Assembly: GCF_006345805.1 (NCBI RefSeq)
Contig: NC_042999.1
Span: forward strand, 40,362,001-40,426,000
Origin: Octopus sinensis
Taxonomy: Eukaryota
Direction: 5' to 3'
DNA: 64,000 nt
Shown piece by piece: positions 51,886 to 64,000 of the stretch. A model generated the notes under the pieces. That model did no database searches and was not told where the DNA came from. It saw nothing but the letters and a program-made list of their open reading frames with translations. Position numbers and translations under genes: made by a program. Each line of letters begins with the position of its first letter. Position 1 is the first letter of the stretch.

Positions 51886-52292
51886 ATTCATTTATTCATT
51901 TATTCATTTATTGTTTCAGTCATTTGACTGTGGCCATGCTGGAGCACCGCCTTTAGTCGAGGAAATCGACCCCAGGACTTATTCTTTGTAAACCTAGTAC
52001 TTATTCTATCAGTCTCTTTTGCCGAACCGCTAAGTTACGGGGGCGTAAACACTCCAGCATCGGTTGTCAAGCGATGTTGGGAGAGGGGGGCAAACACAAC
52101 ACACAAACATACACATATATATACATATATACGACGGGATTCTTTCAGTTTCCGTCTACCAAATCCCCTCACAAGGCTTTGATCGGCCCGAGGCTATAGC
52201 AGATGATACTTGCCCACGGTGCCACGCAGTGGGACTGAACCCGAAACCATGTGGTTCGTAAGCAAGTTACTTACCACACAGCCACTCCTACG

Positions 52293-52295
<3 letters not shown>
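51886..52295 (-). mobile_element. SINE family A, full length
   Basis: Reverse complement of 25519-25926 with an (AATAAATG)n tail. A further fragment lies at ~53255-53315. Confidence 0.9.
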
Positions 52296-52332
<37 letters not shown>

Positions 52333-53193
52333 AGCCCCTTGTGGGTAGTAAAGAAATATATATATAAATTATATTTACAGTGACATCGATGATTCTACCA
52401 CTAAACAGTCATCGGATGGTTGCAAAGCTGGCAGAAAATTCTAAGTCATTATGAATGTTATTATGTTATTCTTGTCAAAGTAAAATAAATTTGTGCTCTA
52501 AAAAAGGTATCGAGTAATTGTTCACTTTAGGGTATAATTGATTTTATTGTAACTTAACATAAAACCAAACATTAAACGGTGTACTCTATCTGCTATATAA
52601 TGATGTTCCAATCTTCTTGCGCCGCTCCAAAATGGTTGATGTCAGAAATAAGACAGAAACCGTCTGGCTTATAAGACCGGATATTGTACACCACTGACTT
52701 TCATTAAAGCCTGTAATTCCGATCGAACGGAAGAAGCATAGAAACAAGTAGAATGACTGAGGTGTATTAGAGTTAAGAAATTAAATTAAGAGAATCTTTC
52801 TTTCAAGTCAGAGCCCTCACCATAATGAAGAAAGCGAGAACTACGATGGTATAAAATGGTTTTCGATTTCTAGGAGAAAGGCAACCAATAGGTAAGTGCT
52901 ATAATTGGTCATCCGTTAGGTTCCAAGCTCATAGCTGACGGTGGAGCTCGGGATCTGCAGGAGGCGTCCAAGTCAGCAGGTATATTTTAAAAGTAAAGGA
53001 AAACAAAATCAAGGAAGGACGAGTCTCTCATGTTATTTCGAATATTTAATTAAAGTAAGGTGAATCAAAAAAGGAAGCAGGATTAATTACATCAGCTTCT
53101 TTTTGACTCGCATTCTAATTAAACATTCTAATCACCTGAGGTACTCGTCCTGCCTTGGTTTTGTTTTCCTTTTCCTCTTACACACACACACAT

Positions 53194-53255
<62 letters not shown>

Positions 53256-53394
53256 ATACGATGGGCCTCTTTCAGTTTCCGTCTACCAAATCCACTCACA
53301 AGGCTTTGGTCAGCCCATTAACACACTCACATAAACACACATACACACACATACACACACACACACACATATGTATATGTATATATATATATTG

Positions 53395-53556
53395 ATAAAA
53401 TGGTAAGACAACAAAAGAATGAAAGAGACCTCGATATTATGTAAATAGAGGAATTTATCTGTAAACGTAATATGTGACAATTATTCGGTAGCCGTGATAA
53501 AACTCCGAGTTTCGGATACCGAGGTGGAAATCCATGACGCCATCTCTTCAGTTATA
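53395..53556 (-). mobile_element. Hammerhead-bearing short repeat, family P3
   Basis: The left part recurs at 14403-14480; flanked by (TA)n on both sides. Confidence 0.6.
53497..53555 (-). ncRNA. Type-I hammerhead-like motif with an intact catalytic core (P3)
   Basis: AUAA-CUGAAGA-GAUG...UAUCC-GAA-ACUC(G)GAGU-U-UUAU: 4-bp stem I, near-palindromic stem III, GUU site. Stem II is imperfect at its base. Confidence 0.6.
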
Positions 53557-54002
53557 TATATATATATATATATATAAAGACGTTTTGCTTAGGCAAAGCG
53601 ATACGATACACACCTGGTGTTACAACTCAGTACACGTATGCTTCAGAAAAAAAACGTTAGTTAAGTACTGAGCTTAAAATTGATTATTTAAATGACAAGA
53701 CATTAAGGAATGAACTCATATCTGAGTGTTTGCGTATAACCTTATAGCTTACTCGGAGCTACAGATATGACAAAACTATAAGGTTATGCAGAAGCACTCA
53801 AATGTGAGTGCATTACATCTAATAGCAGAAATGGTTAAGCTAATGAAGTTCATTATATAATTTCTTGTTCGTTTGTCGTTTATATAATGTCCTATTACAC
53901 TATACATATATGCATACATAAATGCATACATACAGACATATGTGTATATTGATATACATATACATGTATTCATAGGCACAAACACACATATATGCATATA
54001 TG

Positions 54003-54048
<46 letters not shown>

Positions 54049-54595
54049 ATATATATATACACGCGTACATACGTGTTTGTGTGTGTGCGTGAGATAGATC
54101 TAATGATAATATATGTCAGTAATTTTGATATGAGAACTAATTGTATTAACTATAAAGTCTTTCAACACAGAATATTGACAAGATGTGAGACATTATGCAC
54201 ATAAGTTTATCTAGCTTTCACGGACTCTCATGAAGTATTAAAGTTTCACTAATGATACGTCAAATAAAATAAATCTAACTGGTTAGTTCTCATCTCATTT
54301 GCTGTATGCACCAAATGTGCAATTGAAATAAATTAAAGCCGAATGCAGACTGTTAGTAACACTAAACTTTGCTCTTCTCTATCATTGTATGTGTGATTTA
54401 GATGAGCAAAGAAGTATCTTTATTAGAAATAGCTGTGGGCTAAAGATGTTCGCTTCAGTAAAAGATAACATCGAGTTCAGTTACCCTGTGTGACATTTCG
54501 GGCAAGTGTCTTTTGCTATAGCCTGGAGCGGACGAATTTATGACTTTTGGTAGATAGATATACAGACAGACCTACAGACAGAAAGACAGACAAAC

Positions 54596-54678
<83 letters not shown>

Positions 54679-55064
54679 CAGACAAAGAGACAGGCAGACA
54701 GACAGACAGGTAGATAGATAGATAGATAGATAGATAGATGATAGATAGATAGATAGATAGATAGAAGATAGATAGATAGATAGATAGATAGGTAGATAGA
54801 AGGATAAATAGATATATAGATAGGTAGTAGATGCATATATAGACAGACAGAAAGACATACATACAGAGAAATAAGTTTCTTTATTAGCCACACAAGGCCG
54901 AAAATAGAGGGTACAAAATACAATGTAAAGATTTTCTTTACGAAAATAGAAAAAAGGGAGAAAAATAAAAGTCCGATCAAAAGGGATCGTGAAAAAAAGG
55001 AAAAAAAGAACGATCAAAAGGGATCATATATCACAGTAAATATTAAAAACGTAAAAAGAAATAT

Positions 55065-55805
55065 TAGGTTTATCCGTGCCTATGTGCCTTATCTAAGTTA
55101 AGTGTACAAGTCATAAATTATTGGTTTGTGCAGCTGACTACGTGGAAATGTGGACAACCTACACTATCCTTATCTACTGTCCTACAGAATAATCTAACTG
55201 AATACGATCTGGACGACATGATGCGGTTGCTCCATGTCCACATTGGCACATTTGGGTGGGCTAGTTGGTACCTGTCAGACTGTTGGAAACGTCTGCGCAG
55301 GACTTTCAGTCATTTGCATCCCCTCCTATTACTGTCTTTTCCCACGTAGTCTAGATGCGTTTCCATGGTATCATTCCAATCCCCCCACTAAAAGTAAAGG
55401 TCGAGACGTTCCCAGGAAAACCTGGCCGGCCTATTAAGGAAGGTGCGTAAGCAATCTGGTTACCCTGTAAAGGACGGTGCGTAAACTGTTATCAGTCGAA
55501 AAGCACACCCATTACTGCCATCGACATCCAAGACCACCAGCCTGCCCTCCGGGTCTAAGAAAATTGCTCTTATTTTGATGTCCAGACCCTTCTGAAGAAA
55601 CACCGCGGTACATCTTCCGCCCATTTTCGACAGACACGGAGAAAAATAAATGTCGAAATATCCACCAAAAATGTGCTGGAGGGCCCGCGGGCTGTGGAGT
55701 CTGGTTCCGCTGATGGCTATGATATGTAGATTTTACGACTTGGTATCGTTTAACTGGTAGCCTTGTTTCCAAGGCGACCCCAAACCACGTATATTTAAAC
55801 TGCCT
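55065..55805 (-). pseudogene. LINE ORF2 apurinic-like endonuclease remnant
   Basis: IGSLNIRGLG...IAISGTRL...DPEGRLVVLDV...RLITVYAP...GDWND...PNVPMWTWSN..SRSY; stops and frameshifts. Confidence 0.88.
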
Positions 55806-55874
55806 ATTTTGAGCAGGTTGTGTTTTAGAAACGAAAGGGAGATAAGAGAGAAAGAAAATGAGAGAGAGAAAGAG

Positions 55875-57575
55875 TTACTCACTGTCCGAAAGTTGTTTAT
55901 CCTTCACTTCACAATCTTCTTCCAGAAGGTTTTTATATTGTTTTTTAGAGAGGTATTTTTGGAATCTCCCTACTGCATTCGGGTAGAGAGATTTCAGTAT
56001 ACTGTGTGTGTTCTGTGTTATGTGTATGATTTTAATGTGTTGTGGTGGTGTTGTGCGCGGGTGATTTTTTGTTTTGGTATCATTTTCTGCGATGTTGTTG
56101 TTTGACCTAAGGTATTCCATTAAGTCTAGCTTGTTGGTTTTTATAGCTGTCTATATTGTTGTGGGGTTCGGTGTTGGTGTGTTTCTGTTCATGCTTTTGT
56201 TTTCTGCGGGTGCTTTGGCTTCGGGAGTAGTAATCCTCCCCGTTTTCTTAGTGTGCTTTTCTAATATTTTCCCACCTTTTTCTCCTTCCCCCTGTGGCCA
56301 TTTGCCAATCCTCTGTGTCGTCTTCATCTGACGACATGTTGGAGGAATCAGAGGGTGGGAGGGGAAGTATTGGGATCTACTTCTGAGTGTGTTGATTTTA
56401 TTGTTGGTGGTATTGGTGCTGTTTGGTAACAGTGGTGTTTGGGTTTCAGAGTCTATTTCATGTCCCCTTCTTCCTGTGGAGTTGTTGGTGGTGGTGGCAA
56501 TGATGGTGTTGTTTCTGTTCTTGGTGGCGCTGGTGATGGTGTTGTTTGGTTTGTTTGGCTTGTTGGATGCTGATGTTCCTTAATTTCTTTGTAGAGCTGC
56601 TTAATTAGTTGTGCATGTGGCGGTGTGGGTAATAGTTCTAACTTTTTGCCCTTTTTTTGTTTTTCTTGTGGTTGTTGTTTTTCTTCGTGGTCTTATTGCT
56701 ATCGTTAATGTTACTGTTGATTCTGTGCTACTGAACATTTAGTTTTTAAATGTGTTTTGCTACCACAAACGTAGCAAACTCGAATCCTCTGTCAATTGGA
56801 ATCGGTGGGGAATATTTTTTCAAAATTCACTGGATCGATCTGAGCCAGGATCTCGACTTCTTAGTGAATACCGTCTTGCTGTTCCTGGGCAGCGTTTTCC
56901 AATATATGGATTTCGTCCTCGATGTCATAGCAAATGGCAGACACGAGCCATTTTATTTCAGTTTCGAAAGACACGTTTTTTTTTTATTTTAACTTTTGTA
57001 ACCCTACGACCAAGGTATGTAGGGATCATGGGGAGATTTTCATGTTGAAAGGACTTTGTGGAGAGGTCCTTGGTTCGCTCTTCGCTGTCGAATCTTACTT
57101 CGATCGTCGCAAACCTATTACCCCTCTTTATATAGATTAGGCCCATATGGACTTTAACCATTTTCCCACGCTTTTATGAGTGGCTGTTACATTTCCTTTC
57201 GTTTTCGCGTTGAGTGTCTTGTAAATGATTGCTTCTTTGCGATATTTTTTGAAATGTTTTCAGGTGTATGTAATTGAATGGTGGCGTCACTTTTTGTAAA
57301 CATATTTTGCAGGCAAGTGATTCTTCTTTGGAGAAATGCATTACTCATTTCGTTGGCTTCAAAGCCGCGGCAAAATTGTTATCGGTATTCGTGTTGGTTG
57401 TGGTGGTGATGGCGGTGGTGGTTGTAGCAGTGTTGGCAGCAGTGAATATAGTAGCAGAAGCATTCGTGCCTCTTAAAGCTTGTGTGCGTTCACGCGGAAC
57501 GGCTTTGCTTTCAGCTTCCTTCGCTTCAAGCTTTGGTAGAGGCGGGACGTCGGCCTCATGGTTTCGCCTAGCCAT
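55875..57575 (-). pseudogene. LINE ORF1 remnant (Thr/Asn-rich low-complexity stretches)
   Basis: Chained ORF fragments directly upstream of the endonuclease and on the same strand (e.g. KRGNRFATIEVRFDSEE...IPTYLGRR). Assignment is by position. Confidence 0.6.
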
Positions 57576-57732
57576 ATTTGTTTAGAAATACGGCAAGGAA
57601 ATCGCTAAAAGTAGAAATGTAAATAGGTTTTACACACCTTGTGTGCAAAAGGGAAACAAAATGCATGCAATAAAAGGTGGAAAAAAGGGATTACCTGCGA
57701 AGCCGATGCAACATCACGTCAGTCGAAGAGCG

Positions 57733-57774
<42 letters not shown>

Positions 57775-57775
57775 T

Positions 57776-57831
<56 letters not shown>

Positions 57832-57867
57832 GAGATAGAGAGATAGATAGATGATAGATAGATAGAG

Positions 57868-57936
<69 letters not shown>

Positions 57937-58931
57937 TGAGTGTAAATGTGTGTGCGTGAATGTTTATATGTCCTTGTGTATGTATGCATGTATGTACGTA
58001 TGTATGTATGTCTCAATGTTTGAACTCTACCAGCTGATAGACGGTATTTGTTTATTTTCGCCTTGTTCCTTAACGGTTCCACTAAAGAAACTAGGAGAAA
58101 AAATAACAGGATTACCATTAAGCACAGGAGTTAGCGGATCCTTTCAAGGCGGTTCTGCAACATGACTCTAGTCTAATGTCTTAAAGAAATAAACAAAATT
58201 AGCCAAAACTTATCTAAACGTAGGTAAAATTACATGAATACCAACAAGATTCTATGTCGTAAAAATTCAAAATATCTGCCTGTGAGGCTGCAAACTCCAA
58301 TTCCGTATAGACCTTTCAGTTTCTACATCAAAATATACAATAAAATCTGCTTCAAATACTTTATATTCTGGCTTACATCGGAAGGCATATCCGATGTAAA
58401 TAGTCACAGTTTTAAATTGTAAAAACCTAACCAGTTTGGTTAATCTCGACTTGTTCCTTAAAACCAAGGTCATCTCTGATCGATCAAATCTAATACGAAA
58501 TGTATTCCAATAGTAAAATATTTGGTGACTGCTAGAATAATAACTTCGCCGCTAGGGTGAATAGTTAATCTCAGATCACATCCAGTAAATCGATTCTTGT
58601 TCTTAAATATAATTTTCATACTCATTTAAATGTGGATATTCTATTAGAGCAAATTTTAGCGCGCTGGAAATCATGTGAGAAACTCTTATAGAGGCCCTTG
58701 ATGGAAAATTACATCGGTAGCCGAGAGATAAATCCCCACCATCTCCAGTACCGAGATAAGAGATCATGTGATTTAGACCTCGCTTGGTCTCACCAACGAG
58801 GGACGCTCAACCGCTAGAATACAAGCGACTCAACTCCCCGCTAGCGATATATAGAAAACCAGTTGCTGAACGGACACTGGTGTCGCAACAAAGCAGTGAG
58901 ATTATTAATAGATATATACATACATATATAC

Positions 58932-59002
<71 letters not shown>

Positions 59003-59150
59003 GAAAGAAGGTTTGAAAATGCAATTTAAAAGATGTTTATTTACTTTACCGGTTTCAATCTTTGGAAAAAGATTGTCAAAAGTAACATGTGGAAGTTTGG
59101 TTGCGTTAATTATTGGTTGTTGCAAATTGCTACATTACGTATATATATAC

Positions 59151-59520
59151 ATACAGTCTTTGGTAACAGGGACATGTTAAGGACATAAAAAAGTTCAACA
59201 AGTTCCTTAAAATATTGAGCAAAAAAGATTACATAAATAATCGTTCTCAAGGACATACTTAAGTTAGTTTCCAGAAGGAATTGATATTGGTACTGTATCT
59301 GTATATTCAAAGATGCACAGAATATTGGTTGACACAGAGTACTATAATCCATATAAATATACAGTCTTTGGTGACAACAGTATGTTGAGAATATAAAGAG
59401 GTTTAACAAGCTCATTGAAAAAATGGACAGAAAAGATTAAAACAAATATATTATACATCTCAGGGTAATTTCCAGGAGGAATTATTAAAAAAAGTTCAGT
59501 ACAGAATATTATGAATTCGA
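59151..59520. repeat. Diverged 208-bp tandem duplication
   Basis: ATACAGTCTTTGGT at 59151 and 59359, each followed by similar sequence to ...TTTCCAG.AGGAATT. Confidence 0.75.
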
Positions 59521-59830
59521 AAAGATTTACATTAATGTAGTGGTGAGGTTGTTACTAACCTGTCCGTTTTAGCAGAAATGTGGAATTGAAAAGGATGTAC
59601 CCGTTTTTTTCTTTTTTTTTTGGCTTTCCTTCAAGCATCAATGATTTTGGGGTTAGGATGAGGTGAATATGTGTGTCTCTGCGTGTATGTGTGTGTGCAT
59701 ACATATACATGTGGTGTGAATAGATGTGTCTGTGTGTCTGTAGTATTTGGTCAGATGGTGTCTGTTTGTCAACCGCGATATTCTTCTTTCGTATATAATT
59801 CCACTCGTGCGATACCCCACAACTCAACTT

Positions 59831-59879
<49 letters not shown>

Positions 59880-62354
59880 ATATTAGCGACAGAGGCAAGA
59901 TTAAAACCGAGAGCAAGTATTTATCTCAACTTAAATGTGGATATTCTGTAAGCAACCATAGGAGAAACTTTCATACGTTAATTATATTTCATGATAGTAT
60001 GGATAAATTGCTATCTCATGCGCATGACAATTCTGATATCGTTTATGGTTTATATTTACCCTTTTCTATATTCTTACATAATATAAGCATGGAATGTAAA
60101 ACAAAAAAGACTAATTGCATCATGTTAATGATAATTTCGTCAGTACTTCAATATACTACTGGCAAAAAAATTCCCCTATTTTCAATATTATACTGATTTC
60201 TTCATTTAGTCTCGGAAACAGATCATTAAATGGTGGGCTCTATCGATTCAATGAATCTCAGCCCGTAACTAATACATTATTTTATCGATCCCGCCGCTGA
60301 GAATACGTACCAAAAATAACATCAACAGGATCTGGGCTCAAAACAAAATAAGTTCCAAACATTTCTGCAAATACTTTGCCCAAGGCAAATTTTTCACTCA
60401 CTAATCCGAAGCGACTAACTCTAGCTCCAGAATTGTTTTCTAATATAGTTATAAGGCAGAAGAGTAAGGGCAGAAAGTCAGTTAGTCGATTAAATCGATT
60501 CTGTTTCTTGACTGGTACTAAAGTCTTGTTATCTCAAAAGTATGGATGAGATTCGAAGTCAGAAGCAAAACACACGGTGCAAACACCGCGAGGTATTTTC
60601 TGTCTTGCCAGTCACCCGCAATTTATTTAATATTCCAATATACGGAGATGTTTTACGATGTTTTATATAGAAAAATTGCTTCACAGAGGCATATTTTCAT
60701 ATTCGATCCCCAACGGCAACTCCTTTCTTTCCTTTCTAGAGCCCGAAAAGTTTTGATGGAGATGAAGCATGCCTTCATGACGGATAGTGTGCACTACAGT
60801 TTTTGGTAACTCTCCTATATTCTGAACATTCTGATTACTTCGAAAATGAGAGAGAGAAGAGTGAGACACACAGAAACACAGATAGAGACAGAAAAAAAGA
60901 GGGTGAAGGCTTTAGACAGTCAGACTGACAAAGATAGAGACAGAGAGAGCAAAAGAGAAAAATAATCTTTAGACAAGTAACAGAAAAATATCCTTAGACA
61001 AATCTACTGCGAAAGATGACAATTAACTCTTTGGTGGTAACTGAAATCAGTGTGTGTTGAGTTTAATTATATACCACAGTAGTGCATTTCATCTGCTGCC
61101 TTAACGACTCTGTCGATTCACCGTATAAGTTTCTAAACTCAGGCACAGATCTCAAAAACAAACAAAAGATCATCAGACCGTTTGATCAAGAGCAAACTGT
61201 ATATACATCATAGTTTTTGAACATACACAGAAGGCCTGGAGCTCCAAAACATCAACTACAACTTGTAACTTGTGACTATTTAAATCAATTGGGAATTTCA
61301 AATATTCGTATTCATATATAAGACTTGAAGAAAAGAAACATGCTGAAAGTAGGAACCGGTTCAGTCTGTGAATCTTGATTCACACTTTCATTTGGAATAT
61401 GAAAATTTATAAGCATAATTAGTGTATGCGATAAACTGATAAAATTTCAGTACAAATTAGGCTATTACACTTAATTTCAATGTCAAATGGGCTGTTAAAC
61501 AAATGTAAAATTAAATAAGGCTGTTACATAAGACAGCATAATGAATTATATTGCAGCATAAAGGCATTTCAAGGGTATCATAAAGTAAATTAATGAGCAA
61601 TAAACTAGTTAACCAAAATGATTAATCGAAGAGCTTTAAACTAAATCAAGTTCATCATATAATACAGAAGTTATTTCTTCACTATTTCTTTGTTTTTAAT
61701 TTTCATTTAGTTCTTCACACTTGGCAGACTCTATAGAATTTAGTGCAAAATTTATTGCCGTGTTATTCGCTTGCCTATTATTTTGAGTTTCTGAGATCAA
61801 ATAATTCAACTGAGCAATTTTTACTTTCATTCTTCCCAACTAGTCAGGTTCTGAGATTTCCTTAAATGATTAAACCCCTCTCTTAAAACATGTGGCCGTG
61901 TCTTTGTGTTAGGAACTATGATTAATGTTAGAATATGATTGTGGGACAATGCCTCAATGGAAATAAGTATGGATTTTACCTGTATGGCATGCTCCTAATG
62001 CTCTAACAATCAGGGGGCCCTCTCAGTGTAAGTTATCTCTTCACCCCCACATGCTTTCTAAAACAAAATGCTGTACAATCTTCTCTTCTTTTACAACTTA
62101 ACCCGTTTCCTTTAAAGGTTTCACAAGGCGGCCTTTACTTGATCAATATATTTTAAACCATATTTTCCCAACTTCTCTGTGTATTCACCATGATCATTCA
62201 TCTTCCAGTTTACTGACTCGCAGAATTTCATTCTATGTACTGGAACAGGTTTTTTTCTAAATACCTTTTTTTAACATGTCTTTCATTATTACATTTGCAT
62301 GACCGGACTTCCCTTTTGTAGCTCTCTCGTTTTTAATAATCGGATCATTTATGC

Positions 62355-62436
<82 letters not shown>

Positions 62437-62689
62437 CAATAGTAATAAAGTGTAAAATTAATTAATAATTTTACCAAGTAGTTTGGTATGTTAAAATAAC
62501 CTTTATCGGTAACCTTATACAAAACTTCTATAATTATAAGCATAATTAAAATTAGGGTTATTGCTTCACCACATGCCGAAATTTAGAAATAGCGGTTAAA
62601 TACTATTCCTCTGCCATAAGATATCTCCCAGACAGCAATACTCTTATTTTACGAATCTACACGACTTCGATTAACCACATTTTTTTCTC

Positions 62690-62935
62690 TTTACTTATGG
62701 GGGTCGAACAATAGTTAATTTTATTATTAAGTATTGTGTGATCATTAGTTTCGTTGTCCAGCAGTTCTTCAGTGACTCGAAGTCTTCTGTAGAATTCCTG
62801 GATATCATTTTGTGTATCATTTAAGTTCGATCTTTGTGGTTCTGGTGTGAATTCCAGTCCTTTCGCAAGAATTTTGAGTTATTGTATTGAAAAGGTTTTA
62901 TGTGAGAGATTTATAACCTTCGGGATCTCACATTT
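62690..62935 (-). pseudogene. Penelope-like N-terminal domain remnant (different family)
   Basis: PKVINLSHKTFSIQ*LKILAKGLEFTPEP...DIQEFYRRLRVTE, matching the PLE NLS...L.KGL.F.P motif. Confidence 0.75.
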
Positions 62936-64000
62936 GGTTGCTGCCATCAAGTGTCCCAATTCTGGCCCAGTTTGCCCCAAAAATTGTTTCTTGCATTTTG
63001 ATAGAATGAATTAGTGGTCTGGTTGTTTGTTCTTCCGTTGACCCTTGGTCTATCGTGGGTTCTCCGTTGTGGTCGTTTCTGAGTGGGTTGTCGTAATGGT
63101 TATATCTTGTGGTTTGGACGAAGTGGACGTTGTAAAATATATGTCTCCGGCGGGAGAAGACTCAATCCCTCCACAAAAAAAAACAACTAGATAAAAGATA
63201 TATAATTTTTCAGAAATTTAGTAACACTCTTCCACGCAGGTTTCGAAACCGCAACTCCAAATCACCATACACTAACACCACACAAGCACCAGTTAGTGAC
63301 GTCACCTAACTCTAGATCAATGAAATTTTACAAGTACCAGTTGGAGACGTCTCCAAAGACAAAACCAATGAAATTTTACCTAGGATCAAAACCGAGCTTC
63401 AGCAAATACGACAAAATTACCTTTTAAGAGAATCAACCAAATGGAAGGGCAATGACCGTTCCCCAACAGGGAAACCAACCAGGAAGAACGACAAACTCAA
63501 CCACCAGAAAAGCAACACGTCACCAGTACTTTAACGAATCAAATATAAATATTTCCGATCCGTTCACAGAAATATTTATAAACACACCGGATTCCAAAAA
63601 ACGCCGTTAGAAGCGAAAGTCCATGTACAGGATGGAAAGAGAATTAAAGAAACTGTAAACAAAACCTTTTTCTACTATCTTTATTTCTCCCTTGTTTTTC
63701 TCCCTCTTAGCTCAAGATGACTAAAACTTTGATGATCCACATTTCTAATCGATTACTACAAATTGTTTTGAATTTTGTGCATTTAAACAAGATGATCCAC
63801 ATTTTTACATTATTGACTGTTATGAACATATAAACTTGAGAACATTCCAACTTTCATAATTTAAATTTTTTACCATTGATAAACGAAAATTATTGTTGTA
63901 ACTAGTTTGTTATATATGTAAATAAAATGATTTAAAAATAATTAGATTTTTTGCCAGTATAGGCAATAAAAGCACACACATTATATGTTTGGTGTACACT

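Larger units (their letters stand above)
54870..57600 (-). mobile_element. L1/Tx1-type LINE with ORF1, APE endonuclease and a putative 3' end, RT missing
   Basis: Decayed ORF1 at ~57575-55875; endonuclease at ~55805-55065; then a pyrimidine-rich tail ending GGCTAATAAAAGAAA at ~54875. Confidence 0.75.

Overview
AT-rich, microsatellite-saturated animal genomic DNA. The SINE set is most consistent with an octopod cephalopod (inference from recalled repeat sequences, not a database search). No host gene can be called; only weak exon candidates exist, so the window is probably intronic or intergenic, and nearly all long ORFs in the track are microsatellite artefacts. Recognisable elements: a Neptune-like Penelope retroelement (RT + GIY-YIG, ~37.1-41.2 kb, minus) plus two smaller Penelope remnants; a decayed IR/DR Tc1 (30843-32322); an L1/Tx1-type LINE with ORF1 and endonuclease but no RT (54.9-57.6 kb); RTE, HERO-like and mariner remnants; three non-autonomous Helitrons and a HINE-like element; a 9-bp-TSD foldback element carrying TTAGGG repeats; a 190-bp spacerless palindrome; and three modular tRNA-derived SINE families. 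The most striking signal is a set of minimal type-I hammerhead-ribozyme motifs from at least four repeat families, mostly next to TA-rich microsatellites. It includes a retrozyme-like unit at 23.3-23.9 kb in which two same-strand hammerhead repeats bracket a Penelope RT fragment. Ribozyme activity is untested inference.
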